A stretch of DNA of 64,000 nucleotides, from NCBI GenBank assembly GCA_900551705.1, contig URWY01000003.1:1236-65235 (forward strand), given 5' to 3'. Below are positions 30,668-42,248 of the stretch, piece after piece. A program made the translations under genes and the position numbers. The DNA comes from an uncultured Bacillota bacterium (GTDB lineage: Bacteria > Bacillota > Clostridia > Christensenellales > UBA1242). Under the pieces are notes generated by a model, which saw only the letters and a list, made by a program, of their open reading frames with translations, made no database searches and was not told the DNA's origin. Positions within the stretch are counted from its first letter, which is position 1; every line of letters begins with the position of its first letter.

Positions 30668-30693
30668 AAAATAAAAATTTTAGTGAGGTAAAT

Positions 30694-30897
30694 ATGAAAG
30701 AAAACGGACACCCAAACTATCATGAAGTTGATGTTGTTTGCGCTTGCGGAAACACTTTCAAAACAGGCTCAACAGCAGAAGGCGATGTTATTAAAATTGA
30801 TATTTGTAACAAATGCCACCCATTCTTCACTGGTAAACAAAAAATTGTTGATACAAGTGGTAGAGTTGAGAAATTTAATAAAAAATTCAACAGATAG
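30694..30897 (+). CDS. rpmE: 50S ribosomal protein L31 (zinc-binding type A)
   Basis: [30 protein letters not shown]. Confidence 0.95.
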   Translation: MKENGHPNYHEVDVVCACGNTFKTGSTAEGDVIKIDICNKCHPFFTGKQKIVDTSGRVEKFNKKFNR

Positions 30898-30907
30898 TTA
30901 TAATCAC

Positions 30908-30941
30908 AAAAAGCACTTTTTAAATTTAAAGTGCTTTTTTT
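30908..30941 (+). terminator. Rho-independent terminator of rpmE
   Basis: aaaagcac / gtgctttt stem followed by a T-run. Confidence 0.75.
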
Positions 30942-30996
30942 ATGCATAATACCAGCAAATTGTTATTCAAGCCTAATATTGCCTTGTATAGCGATT

Positions 30997-31048
30997 TGCA
31001 TAGCACTATGCATAACACTTAAATCTTATGTTTGCATAGTACTATGCA
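30997..31048. repeat. Two 16-bp palindromes 36 bp apart upstream of ligA: TGCATAGCACTATGCA (30997-31012) and TGCATAGTACTATGCA (31033-31048)
   Basis: Read directly from the sequence. The second is a perfect palindrome. They belong to the recurrent TTGCATAG(C/T)AC motif family. Confidence 0.85.
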
Positions 31049-31086
31049 ATAATTTTAAATTACAAATTTAATCAAAATGCTTTTGA

Positions 31087-33081
<1,995 letters not shown>

Positions 33082-33138
33082 CATAAACAAAAAAATTAAT
33101 ATACTTAAAAAGTAAATTTTACAAAAAAGGAAGCGAAC

Positions 33139-34455
33139 ATGAGTAAGAAAAAAGCAATATTAACCATGTGCATTGTCAGTGTAGTAACAGCACTCGCTTT
33201 AATTTTTTCCTTTATTTCATTTGATGTTGCAGGAAAAAATTATAAATACATGGGTTTTGCACAAGCAATTTATAAAGGTTTAGACTATAATGGTGGCGTC
33301 TATGCAGACTACACAGCAGTTAGGCCAGAAGGAATGTCTGATGAAGATTTTAATTCAAAATTAGACGACACTTTTAAAAGAATTGAAAGCATTTTGTCAA
33401 CCAAAAATATGAACAATGCTTTTGTTTCTAAAACTAGTGATGGCGGAATTAGAATTGAAGCAGCAGCACAAGATGATGCTAGCGATGTTTTAACAACAAT
33501 CGGTGCAGGTGTTTTAAAAATCAGAACATCATCTTCATCAACAGCAGATGTTGTTGTGAGCGGAACAAATGTGTTGGCAGCATTTGCAACTCAAATTCAA
33601 ACAACAAGCGGTTATCAATGGGGCGTTTATGTTGCATTTGACGAAACAGCAACGGCAGCATTAAAAGAAAAAACAAAAAGTGCAAGCTCTTCTAGCAAAG
33701 TAACATTATATATGTTTAGAGGAGATAGTGAATCTGCATTCTTCTCAATTTCAGTAACAGAACAAATTGATGGCTTTATGTTTATTTCAATCTCAGCAAT
33801 GAGCCAATCTTATGCAGAAGACCTTGCAATTCAAATGTATTGCGGAAGCACACCACTTACATTAACAACAGTGGGAAATCAAGTAAATATAATTAGTGCA
33901 ACTTATGGCAAAACAGCACTTATGCTCACTGTTATTGCTCTTGGCGTGTTGATGGTTGCAGTTCTTGTATTCTTTGCAGTTAGATACAGAGAATTTGGAC
34001 TTATGCTTTGTCTTTCAACATTGTTATTTGTTGGATTGATGTTGTTCTTGTTGCAAACAATTTCATTGTTTGAAATTTCACTTGGTGGCGTTGCAGGCGT
34101 TCTTGCATCAGTCTTAATCTTTGCGGCTTTAAACATCATTCCTATGGAAAAAATTAGAGAAGAATATGCAAAAGGAAAGAAAATTCCAGCGTCTGTAAAA
34201 TCTGGTTATAGGAAATCTTATGGACTTATGATTGATATTTCAGTCGTTGGTTTTGTAACAAGTTTGCTTTGCTATTTCATCGGAACAGGTTCACTCAAAA
34301 CTTTCTCAATGGGCTTGCTCGTTGGCAGTTTGTTGGCCTTATTTGTTTCAATTATTGTTTCTAAATTCCTTATTGATAGTTATGTTGCTTTCAATAGAAC
34401 AAAAGAAAAAAGAGTTAATTTAAAAAGGGAGGAAGGCATCGATGAAATTGGCTAA
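33139..34455 (+). CDS. secD: Protein translocase subunit SecD
   Basis: N-terminal transmembrane helix, periplasmic-type domain, C-terminal 5-TM bundle. Overlaps secF. Confidence 0.75.
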   Translation: MSKKKAILTMCIVSVVTALALIFSFISFDVAGKNYKYMGFAQAIYKGLDYNGGVYADYTAVRPEGMSDEDFNSKLDDTFKRIESILSTKNMNNAFVSKTSDGGIRIEAAAQDDASDVLTTIGAGVLKIRTSSSSTADVVVSGTNVLAAFATQIQTTSGYQWGVYVAFDETATAALKEKTKSASSSSKVTLYMFRGDSESAFFSISVTEQIDGFMFISISAMSQSYAEDLAIQMYCGSTPLTLTTVGNQVNIISATYGKTALMLTVIALGVLMVAVLVFFAVRYREFGLMLCLSTLLFVGLMLFLLQTISLFEISLGGVAGVLASVLIFAALNIIPMEKIREEYAKGKKIPASVKSGYRKSYGLMIDISVVGFVTSLLCYFIGTGSLKTFSMGLLVGSLLALFVSIIVSKFLIDSYVAFNRTKEKRVNLKREEGIDEIG

Positions 34456-35407
34456 TATATCTCTCGCTAAAAAAGTTAGCGCATCAAAAGTAAATTTCTT
34501 GTCACACATGAAATATTATTTGGCAGTTTTAATTGCCGTGCTTGTTTCAGCAATTTTTATTGTGTCATTTTTAGGAATTAAATTAGATTTTGATTATTCA
34601 GGCGGAACAGTTTTAACTGTTGTTGTTGACGGAGTTAAAGACGATACTAAATACAACGAAACATGCGATAAAATTGATGAAATTTTGAAAAAAAATAACA
34701 TTGAAGTTTCTTCATATCAATATGAACAAACAGGGTTTGGAGATGCGGTTGTTGTTAAACTTTTAAATAAAGATACAGCAAAAAATGAAGCAGTTGTTGC
34801 AGCGCTTAATGAACAATTTGACTACAACACTGAAAATTTAGTTCAAAAGAACTATGTAAAAGCGGTCACTGTTGATGCAACAGCTATTTATGGCACAAAA
34901 ATGGCAGCAGTTGCATTGTCAGTTGCTATCGTAGTTTTGGCTATTGCTGCAATTTTCAGATATGATTTGGCGTCTGCTATTAATTATTTGATTTCAATTT
35001 TGCTCGATTTGGTTATTTTGCTTGCGATGGTTATAATTTGCAGAATTCCAATTAATTTCTCAATCACAGCAGCATTTGTCTTTGCATTTGTGATTTCAAG
35101 TTTAATGAAATTGTTGTTCTTCAAACAAGTAAAACAAAATGTTAAAGACGAAAACTACAAAGATAAAACAAGAGTTGAAATTGCAAACATTTCATTAAGA
35201 GAAATTTTCAGCCCACTTGTAATTATTAGCGTGATTTCAGTTATTGCTTTAGTATTGCTTGCTGGCCTTGGAACAGTTCAAATTAGAGCATTTGCTATTC
35301 CAGCACTTATAGCAGTTGTCTTCTCAGCGCTTACAACATTCTATTTCACACCATTTATGTGGGAAAAGATTGTTATCAGAAGAAGAGTTAAATCTAAGAA
35401 AAACTAA
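34442..35407 (+). CDS. secF: Protein translocase subunit SecF
   Basis: Same architecture as SecD, immediately downstream of it and overlapping it. Confidence 0.7.
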   Translation: MKLANISLAKKVSASKVNFLSHMKYYLAVLIAVLVSAIFIVSFLGIKLDFDYSGGTVLTVVVDGVKDDTKYNETCDKIDEILKKNNIEVSSYQYEQTGFGDAVVVKLLNKDTAKNEAVVAALNEQFDYNTENLVQKNYVKAVTVDATAIYGTKMAAVALSVAIVVLAIAAIFRYDLASAINYLISILLDLVILLAMVIICRIPINFSITAAFVFAFVISSLMKLLFFKQVKQNVKDENYKDKTRVEIANISLREIFSPLVIISVISVIALVLLAGLGTVQIRAFAIPALIAVVFSALTTFYFTPFMWEKIVIRRRVKSKKN

Positions 35408-35409
35408 AT

Positions 35410-35439
35410 AAAAAACACATCAAAATGATGTGTTTTTTT
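35410..35439. terminator. Intrinsic terminator after secF, possibly bidirectional for the ArsR-family gene
   Basis: aacacatc / gatgtgtt stem followed by T8. Confidence 0.75.
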
Positions 35440-35457
35440 TATGCAAGAAAGGAGAGG

Positions 35458-35793
35458 CTATATTGCATTAACTGCGGACAACATAAGTTCATTTGTCTTT
35501 TGATTTGTGAGCGAATAAACAATAATTTTTCCATTGCGTTTGCAGGAAATTAAATTTTGGCTTTTTAGGTATTTAAGTTGGTGCGAGATTGTTGTTTGGT
35601 TGATTTTTAGCAGGGTAGAAAGGTCATTCACGCACATATCGCACATAGCAAGGCAAGAAATGATTTTCAGCCTTGTAGCGTCCGAAAACACCTGAAAAAA
35701 GTCTGCAAGTTTATCCGTTTCATTACAACTTGGCAAATAATTTAAAATTTCTCTTTTGGAGCGTTCGTTTAATAATAAATATCTTTGTTCCAT
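35458..35793 (-). CDS. ArsR/SmtB-family metal-responsive transcriptional repressor
   Basis: FQVFSDATRLKIISCLAMCDMCVNDLSTLLKINQTTISHQLKYLK is a winged HTH with Cys residues at the alpha-3 site. Confidence 0.8.
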   Translation of the reverse strand: MEQRYLLLNERSKREILNYLPSCNETDKLADFFQVFSDATRLKIISCLAMCDMCVNDLSTLLKINQTTISHQLKYLKSQNLISCKRNGKIIVYSLTNQKTNELMLSAVNAI

Positions 35794-35832
35794 AATCAAT
35801 CCTTTCACAAAATTTTATATATTATCATATGT

Positions 35833-35846
35833 ATTTGTGAACAAAT
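35833..35846. promoter_or_regulatory. Candidate ArsR operator, ATTTGT-GA-ACAAAT
   Basis: Inverted repeat in the divergent intergenic region. Confidence 0.35.
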
Positions 35847-35963
35847 TTTAAGTTCAATTAATTGTAAATTACATAAGAAAATTTTGAAAGGCGAATTGTT
35901 TGTTTTTATGTCGAAAATTCGTTTATTTTAGGTGAGTAAAATATTTTTAAGGGGGCTTAGATT

Positions 35964-36167
35964 ATGAACTTTACGCAAGATGTTCTTTTGGTGCTATTAA
36001 TTGGCGTTATTGCCGCAGCAACGGACACTGATTTGGCAACAAATACAAACATTTTATTATTGATTTTGCTGTTCTTGTCAACTCAGGACAATTCAAGCAC
36101 ATGCAGCAGTTGTTGCTCTCAAAATTTGGGCTCTGGGCTTTCAAGAACTTCATTTTTCCCATTATAA
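35964..36167 (+). CDS. Small hydrophobic Cys-cluster peptide (67 aa) divergent from the ArsR-family gene
   Basis: AAGGGGG Shine-Dalgarno 7 nt before the ATG. Two hydrophobic segments followed by STCSSCCSQ. Confidence 0.45.
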   Translation: MNFTQDVLLVLLIGVIAAATDTDLATNTNILLLILLFLSTQDNSSTCSSCCSQNLGSGLSRTSFFPL

Positions 36168-36181
36168 ATATGAGATAATTG

Positions 36182-36214
36182 AAAATAAAAAAGATGTGTT
36201 TATAAGCACATCTT
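36182..36214 (-). terminator. Rho-independent terminator of polA
   Basis: aagatgtg / cacatctt stem overlapping the polA stop codon. T-run on the minus strand. Confidence 0.65.
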
Positions 36215-38741
36215 ATTTGCATTCCATAAGTGTTTTTCCATGGCTAACTGCGACTGGTAATTTGACGGTCAAATTAATAACTCCTGTCATTTCTTCACTT
36301 AATATGTTTTCAACTTTTTCAACTTCGTTTTTAGGGCAGTCAACAACCAATTCGTCGTGAATTTGAAGCACAAGTTTGCTTTCAAGATTTTCTGTTTTTA
36401 ACCTGTTATATACGCGCGTCATGGCGAGTTTGATAATATCAGATGCAGTGCCTTGTAAAGGCATATTCATTGCAACGCGCTCGCCAAATTTATTGAGTGC
36501 TTTATTGTCTGATTGCAATTCTGGAATAAACCTAATTCTGCCGAATAATGTTTTTGCATATCCGGTTTTCTTTGCTGTTTCAACACATTCATTCATATAT
36601 CTTTTTACGCCTGGGAAAGTGTAGAAATATCTTTCAATATATGTTTTTGCTTTTTGAACAGATGTATTCAAATTTTGTGAAAGTCCGTATTCGCTGATGC
36701 CATAAATAATTCCGAAGTTTACAGTTTTTGCAACGCGTCTTTCGCTTGCTGTTATCTCTGAAATTGGCTTATCAAAGATATATGCTGCGGTGCTGGCGTG
36801 AATATCATCACCGTGAGCATAGGCTCTTAAAAGATTTTCATCTTGACTATAATGAGCCATTAATCGGAGTTCAATTTGATTATAATCGGCAGAAACTAAG
36901 TTGCCGTCTTTAAACCTTGAAATAAAAATCTTTCTTAAATGTTTGCCTTCTTCATCTCTTATTGGCAAATTTTGAAGGTTAGGGTCGCTTGAAGCAAGCC
37001 TTCCTGTTGATGTTTGAGTTTGGCTAAATGTTGAGTGAATATAGCCAGCATTTTGTTTTGCAATTTCGCTGAATGGTTCAACATAAGTTGTTAATAATTT
37101 TTGAACTTTTCTATATCGCAAAATCTGCGAAATTATTTCGTGTTGGTCTTCAATTTGAACCAAGACTTCCACGCTTGTTGATTTTTTAACATTTTTTGGA
37201 AGAACCAAGCCAAGTTTATCAAACAAAATTTCCATTAATACTTTTGGAGAGTTAATTTTGAAAGTTTCGCCTGCGAGATCGTAAATTTTGCTTGTTATTT
37301 GTTCGAGTTCTTCGCTAAGTATAACTTTTATTTGTTCAAGTTCGTTTGTATCAATTAAAATTCCATTTTTTTCCATATCAAAAAGCACATTCACAAGTGG
37401 CATTTCAATTTTTTCAAACAAGTCGTCAACGCCGAATTCTTTCATTTCATTTTCAAGTGATTTTACTTCATTGAAATAGTAAACAGGGGAAGGCAATTCG
37501 TTGACTTTTGTGTTTTTTGTAAGCACATATCTAGCAATTGCAATATCAAAGGAATTATTTGAAATATTGATGTTATAGTTATCCAAAATATGCTTATGCT
37601 TTTTTAAATCGTAACAAATTTTCAATATGCTTTTTGACTCAAAAATAGGTTTTAAATGCTTCAATGCTTCGTCTAAGGTAAGTGTGGACGAAAACATGGT
37701 TATTTCTTCGTTAAATGAGTATTCAAAATTAGGGGAGCAAGCAATTTTTAAGCCATTTGTGAAATCAAAGGTAATTCGGCCTTCCTCTTTAATGTATTTG
37801 ATAACTTCTTCAAGTTTGTCTATGCTTTCTATCTTGACATTTTCAAAATTTGCTGTGTTAGGTTTAACTTGTTCTTGAATGTTTTCAGCAAAAATTTCAT
37901 GTCTACGCATAAGAGATTTAAAATCATATCTTTTGAAAAATTCAAAAACTTTCTCGTTATATGGGAAAGTGTAGGTTAAATCGTCAAGTTTGTATTTCAA
38001 ATTTACATTTCTATCTATTGTTGCTAAGCGTTTTGAAATTTCCGCCATATCTTTGCCGTTCTCGAGTTTTTCTTTAACACTTTGTTTTGTAAGATTTTCT
38101 AAATTTGAATAGATATTATCCACAGTTTCAAATTCTTCAAGAAGAGCCATTGCGGTTTTATCGCCAATTCCGCTAACCCCAGGAATATTATCGGAAGAAT
38201 CGCCCCTTAAAGCCTTAAATTCAACTATTTGGCTAGGTGTTAGTCCCATAAGTTCTTTTAATTTTTCTCTATCAACTTTTTCAACTTCGCTAATGCCTTT
38301 TTTCGTGAAAAATACTGTTGTGTTGTCGTCTATTAATTGAAACAAATCTCTATCGCCAGACAAAATGATTTTTTCAACATTTTCTTGTTTTGAAATTGTG
38401 CCGATGATGTCGTCCGCTTCGATGCCATTCTTTTCAAAATATTTAATATTCATGCTGTTTAAAAGGTCTTTTAAAATTGGCATTTGAACTGCAAGTTCTT
38501 CAGGCATACCTTTTCGTTTTCCTTTGTAATCAGCATAAATGTCGTTTCTAAAAGTTTTTTTACCAAAATCAAACGCTACTGCAATATATTTTGGCTTATA
38601 TTCCAAAATGCTTTTGGTAAGAATATTAGAAAAGCCATATACGGCGTTTGAAAATTCCCCAAATTGATTTGTTAAAAGAGGAAGAGCATAAAAAGCTCTG
38701 TTTACAATACTATTGCCATCAATGATTAATAATTTATCCAT
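36213..38741 (-). CDS. polA: DNA polymerase I
   Basis: 842 aa. 5'-3' exonuclease N-terminus (LLIIDGNSIVNRAFYA) and polymerase motifs DYNQIELR, RRVAKTVNFGIIYG, QIHDELV. Confidence 0.95.
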   Translation of the reverse strand: MDKLLIIDGNSIVNRAFYALPLLTNQFGEFSNAVYGFSNILTKSILEYKPKYIAVAFDFGKKTFRNDIYADYKGKRKGMPEELAVQMPILKDLLNSMNIKYFEKNGIEADDIIGTISKQENVEKIILSGDRDLFQLIDDNTTVFFTKKGISEVEKVDREKLKELMGLTPSQIVEFKALRGDSSDNIPGVSGIGDKTAMALLEEFETVDNIYSNLENLTKQSVKEKLENGKDMAEISKRLATIDRNVNLKYKLDDLTYTFPYNEKVFEFFKRYDFKSLMRRHEIFAENIQEQVKPNTANFENVKIESIDKLEEVIKYIKEEGRITFDFTNGLKIACSPNFEYSFNEEITMFSSTLTLDEALKHLKPIFESKSILKICYDLKKHKHILDNYNINISNNSFDIAIARYVLTKNTKVNELPSPVYYFNEVKSLENEMKEFGVDDLFEKIEMPLVNVLFDMEKNGILIDTNELEQIKVILSEELEQITSKIYDLAGETFKINSPKVLMEILFDKLGLVLPKNVKKSTSVEVLVQIEDQHEIISQILRYRKVQKLLTTYVEPFSEIAKQNAGYIHSTFSQTQTSTGRLASSDPNLQNLPIRDEEGKHLRKIFISRFKDGNLVSADYNQIELRLMAHYSQDENLLRAYAHGDDIHASTAAYIFDKPISEITASERRVAKTVNFGIIYGISEYGLSQNLNTSVQKAKTYIERYFYTFPGVKRYMNECVETAKKTGYAKTLFGRIRFIPELQSDNKALNKFGERVAMNMPLQGTASDIIKLAMTRVYNRLKTENLESKLVLQIHDELVVDCPKNEVEKVENILSEEMTGVINLTVKLPVAVSHGKTLMECK

Positions 38742-38866
38742 ATAATGATTATAGCCTAAATTAGATTTTTCAACAACTATTTTTAAAACTAATAGAAGAA
38801 TTTTAAAGTGCTTTTAATCATTTTGATAAATTCTTTTTTCGTTATATAATGGCTATCGGAGGAAAT

Positions 38867-39403
38867 ATGGAACAACTTAGAGGAACAACTATATGCGCTG
38901 TTAAAAAAGACGGCAAAACTGCAATCGCAGGTGACGGACAAGTAACAATGCAACAAAGCGTTATTTTTAAAGACAACGCTGTTAAAGTTAGAAGAATTTA
39001 TAACGACCAAGTGATTATTGGCTTTGCAGGCGGAGTTGCCGATGCTTTCAGTTTGTGTGAAAGATTTGAAGAAATGTTAAATAAATATTCAGGCAATTTG
39101 ATGCGCTCAGCTGTGGAACTTGCTCAACTTTGGAGAAGTGACAAAGCACTTAGAAAACTTGAAGCAATGATGATTGTTGCAGACAAAGAAAAATTGCTCA
39201 TTGTTTCTGGTATGGGAGATGTAATTGACCCACAAGATGGCATTTGCGCTATCGGTTCAGGCGGAAATTATGCCTTAGCAGCCGCAAAAGCTTTGCTTGA
39301 AAACACAGATTTGTCAGCAAGAGAAATTGCTGAAAAATCACTTAGAATTGCTGGAAAAATATGTGTGTTTACAAATGACCACATAACAGTTGAAGAAGTT
39401 TAA
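38867..39403 (+). CDS. hslV: ATP-dependent protease subunit HslV
   Basis: GGAGG Shine-Dalgarno. [22 protein letters not shown]. Confidence 0.9.
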   Translation: MEQLRGTTICAVKKDGKTAIAGDGQVTMQQSVIFKDNAVKVRRIYNDQVIIGFAGGVADAFSLCERFEEMLNKYSGNLMRSAVELAQLWRSDKALRKLEAMMIVADKEKLLIVSGMGDVIDPQDGICAIGSGGNYALAAAKALLENTDLSAREIAEKSLRIAGKICVFTNDHITVEEV

Positions 39404-39413
39404 GGAGAATAAA

Positions 39414-40715
39414 ATGAATTTAACACCAAAACAAATTGTTGACGAATTAAACGAATATATTATTGGACAAGACGAAGCAAAACGCGCGGTTGCAATTGCA
39501 TTAAGAAACAGATATAGACGCAGTAAATTGCCTAAGGAAATTAGGGAAGAAATCACACCTAAAAATATTATTATGAAAGGTCCAACTGGCGTTGGTAAAA
39601 CAGAAATCGCAAGAAGGCTTGCAAAACTTGTTAAAGCACCATTTGTTAAAATTGAAGCAACAAAATATACCGAAGTGGGCTATGTTGGCAGAGATGTTGA
39701 AAGCATGGTTAGAGATTTGGTTGATGTTGCTGTTAGAATGGTTAAAGATGAAAAACAACACGAGGTTGAAGAAAAGGCTAAAAAAGTTGTTGACGCTAAA
39801 CTTTTTGATGCACTTTATAATGCAAAGAAAAATCAAAATCCAGAGTTAGATAAAGACATTTTTAAAGCAGATTATGAAGCGGGTAAATTTAACGAAGAAA
39901 TCGTTGAAGTTGAAGTGAAAGAAACTCCAAAGGCAATCGGCATAATGCCTGGCGCGCCTGAAATGAATTTAGGAAACATCTTTGAAGGTATTTTCCCAAA
40001 GCAAAAACGCAGAAAGAAAGTTAAACTTGCAGAAGCAAAGGAAATTTTGCTTGCTGAAGAATGTGACAAACTTATTGATGACGAAAGCGTCAATGCAGAA
40101 GCGTTGAGGCGTGCAGAGGAAGAAGGAATTATTTTTATTGATGAAATTGATAAGGTCATCGGCAAGGGCGGAAATGTCGGTTCTGGCCCTGATGTATCAA
40201 GAGAAGGCGTCCAAAGAGATATTTTGCCTATTGTTGAAGGTTCAACCGTCTCAACTAAATATGGCAATATCAAAACTGATTATATTTTGTTTATTGCATC
40301 AGGTGCATTCCATGTGTCAAAAATTGAAGATATGATACCAGAATTGCAAGGCAGATTTCCAATTAGAGTTGATTTAAAGAATTTAACAAAAAATGAGTTT
40401 GTGAAAATTTTAACTCAACCTAAAAATGCAGTAACAATGCAGTATGCCAAACTTTTAGAAGTTGACAATATTAATTTAAAATTCACAGATGAAGCGCTTG
40501 AAGAGATTGCTGAAATTGCGGAAGCAGAAAACGAAACGCAAGAAAATATCGGCGCAAGAAGGCTTCATACAATCATTGAAATGTTGCTTGAAGATATTTC
40601 TTATAATGCAACTGGCGAGCACCCAATGCTTGATGTTGTCATTGATAAGGCTTATGTTCAAAAGGCATTCTCGGAAACAAAGAAAAAATTTGATTTGAAA
40701 AAATATATTTTATAA
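39414..40715 (+). CDS. hslU: ATP-dependent protease ATPase subunit HslU
   Basis: AAGGAG Shine-Dalgarno. LTPKQIVDELNEYIIGQDEAKRAVAIALRNR, GPTGVGKTEIARRLA, IIFIDEIDK. Confidence 0.95.
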   Translation: MNLTPKQIVDELNEYIIGQDEAKRAVAIALRNRYRRSKLPKEIREEITPKNIIMKGPTGVGKTEIARRLAKLVKAPFVKIEATKYTEVGYVGRDVESMVRDLVDVAVRMVKDEKQHEVEEKAKKVVDAKLFDALYNAKKNQNPELDKDIFKADYEAGKFNEEIVEVEVKETPKAIGIMPGAPEMNLGNIFEGIFPKQKRRKKVKLAEAKEILLAEECDKLIDDESVNAEALRRAEEEGIIFIDEIDKVIGKGGNVGSGPDVSREGVQRDILPIVEGSTVSTKYGNIKTDYILFIASGAFHVSKIEDMIPELQGRFPIRVDLKNLTKNEFVKILTQPKNAVTMQYAKLLEVDNINLKFTDEALEEIAEIAEAENETQENIGARRLHTIIEMLLEDISYNATGEHPMLDVVIDKAYVQKAFSETKKKFDLKKYIL

Positions 40716-40718
40716 TTT

Positions 40719-41417
40719 ATGGAACAATTTAAAAGAACAATAATGCTTTTAGGCAAAGAAAAATTTCAAAAATTATATAACAGCCATGTTTTGATTGTCG
40801 GCGTTGGCGGCGTTGGCGGATATGTGGCAGAATTTTTGGTGCGCACAGGCGTAAATAATTTAACAATTGTTGACCAAGATGTTGTTGATGTAACAAACCT
40901 TAATAGGCAGGTCATTGCCACACATTCAACAATAAACACGCCAAAAGTTGACGCTTTTAAAGCAAGGCTACTTGATATAAATCCAAAATTGAATATTAAT
41001 TGCATATATGAGCGTATTTCAAACAAAAATTCTGAGCAAATTTTGCTGTCAGATAAGTTTGACTATGTTGTTGATGCCATAGATAGCACAAAAGATAAAA
41101 TCGACTTAATTTGCAAAGCAAAAAACTTGAAAATACCTATTGTTTCTGCTCTTGGTGCAGGTAATCGAATTGGAACTCCAAATTATGAAATTAAAGATAT
41201 TTACAAAACATCAGATGACGGCCTTGCAAGAGTTATGAGAAAATCATTAAGGGAGCACGGCGTTGAAAGTCTTGATGTTGGAATAACAAATGTGAAATCT
41301 GTTAAACCAGCAATTGAAAATGAAATTGGCGAACGCAATATTGGTTCTCTTGTGTATTTTCCTGCAAGTCTTGCGGCAGTGATTTCAAGTTTTGTTGTGG
41401 AAAAATTGACAAATTAA
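40719..41417 (+). CDS. tcdA: tRNA threonylcarbamoyladenosine dehydratase (ThiF/E1-like, TcdA family)
   Basis: VLIVGVGGVGGYVAEFLVRTGVNNLTIVDQDVVDVTNLNRQ. Confidence 0.75.
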   Translation: MEQFKRTIMLLGKEKFQKLYNSHVLIVGVGGVGGYVAEFLVRTGVNNLTIVDQDVVDVTNLNRQVIATHSTINTPKVDAFKARLLDINPKLNINCIYERISNKNSEQILLSDKFDYVVDAIDSTKDKIDLICKAKNLKIPIVSALGAGNRIGTPNYEIKDIYKTSDDGLARVMRKSLREHGVESLDVGITNVKSVKPAIENEIGERNIGSLVYFPASLAAVISSFVVEKLTN

Positions 41418-41472
41418 TTAAGTTTGTTTGCAAAAAAATAAGTTATAGTTTATATTAAAATTAGGTGAAAAA

Positions 41473-41832
41473 ATGGAAAAAAATATTATATCAACAGAAG
41501 CAAAAATTGAAGAAGTTATGAAAAATAAAGCAATTGTGACATACACAGTTGGCGAAGAAACAAAAAAAGTTGTTGCTCATGTCAAAAATAAAAAAGTTGG
41601 CGATGTTGTTGCACTTTATAAAGCACCAAAATTTAAAACTTGGCAAAATTTATTGCTCGTTTTAATGCCACTTTTCTTGTTTTTATGCGGTTTTGGCTTT
41701 GGTTTCTTCTTTAAAAATGACCTTTATCATTACATATTAGCAGCATCTCTTGCAATTTTTGGCTTTGCTGTTGCTGCAATTATTAAATTAATCGTCAATA
41801 AATATGCAAAACAAGCATATTATTGCGAATAG
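41473..41832 (+). CDS. Small membrane protein, RseC-like topology (soluble N-domain plus 2 TM helices)
   Basis: Assignment by topology only. The Cys motif of RseC is absent. Confidence 0.3.
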   Translation: MEKNIISTEAKIEEVMKNKAIVTYTVGEETKKVVAHVKNKKVGDVVALYKAPKFKTWQNLLLVLMPLFLFLCGFGFGFFFKNDLYHYILAASLAIFGFAVAAIIKLIVNKYAKQAYYCE

Positions 41833-41857
41833 TATACAAATTAATTAGGGGTGAATT

Positions 41858-42169
41858 ATGAGAGTGATTAACGCGAAAGAATTTGATGAAGTTATAAAAA
41901 GTAAAAAAGTTGTTCTTGTTGATTTTTTTGCAACATGGTGCGGACCTTGCAGAATGTTATCACCAGTTTTGGAAGAAGTTTTGGAAGAATCAAAAGGTGA
42001 ATTTGATATAGTAAAGGTTGATGTTGACGAAAGTTACGACCTTGCAAAAAAATTCGGTGTTATGAGTGTTCCAACAATGATTATTTTCCAAGAAGGCGTT
42101 GAAACAGACAAAATGATTGGCTATAGACAAAAAGACGATATTTTGGAAGAAATAAAATCTTATTTATAA
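41858..42169 (+). CDS. trxA: Thioredoxin
   Basis: VLVDFFATWCGPCRMLSP. Confidence 0.95.
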   Translation: MRVINAKEFDEVIKSKKVVLVDFFATWCGPCRMLSPVLEEVLEESKGEFDIVKVDVDESYDLAKKFGVMSVPTMIIFQEGVETDKMIGYRQKDDILEEIKSYL

Positions 42170-42196
42170 TTTAAAATTCAACAAAATTTAACTTGC

Positions 42197-42232
42197 AAAA
42201 TTCCCTTATTCGTTTGGGAATTTTCTTTTTTT
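42197..42232 (+). terminator. Rho-independent terminator of trxA
   Basis: aaaattccc / gggaatttt stem followed by a T-run. Confidence 0.7.
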
Positions 42233-42248
42233 GAATTATAATGCAAGC

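Noticed and set aside
30997-31048. Reading the TGCATA core of the recurrent motif as the -35 of sigma-F/sigma-G forespore promoters.
   Set aside because: No matching -10 (CATnnTA or GGnnAnAnT type) lies at the required spacing in any copy.
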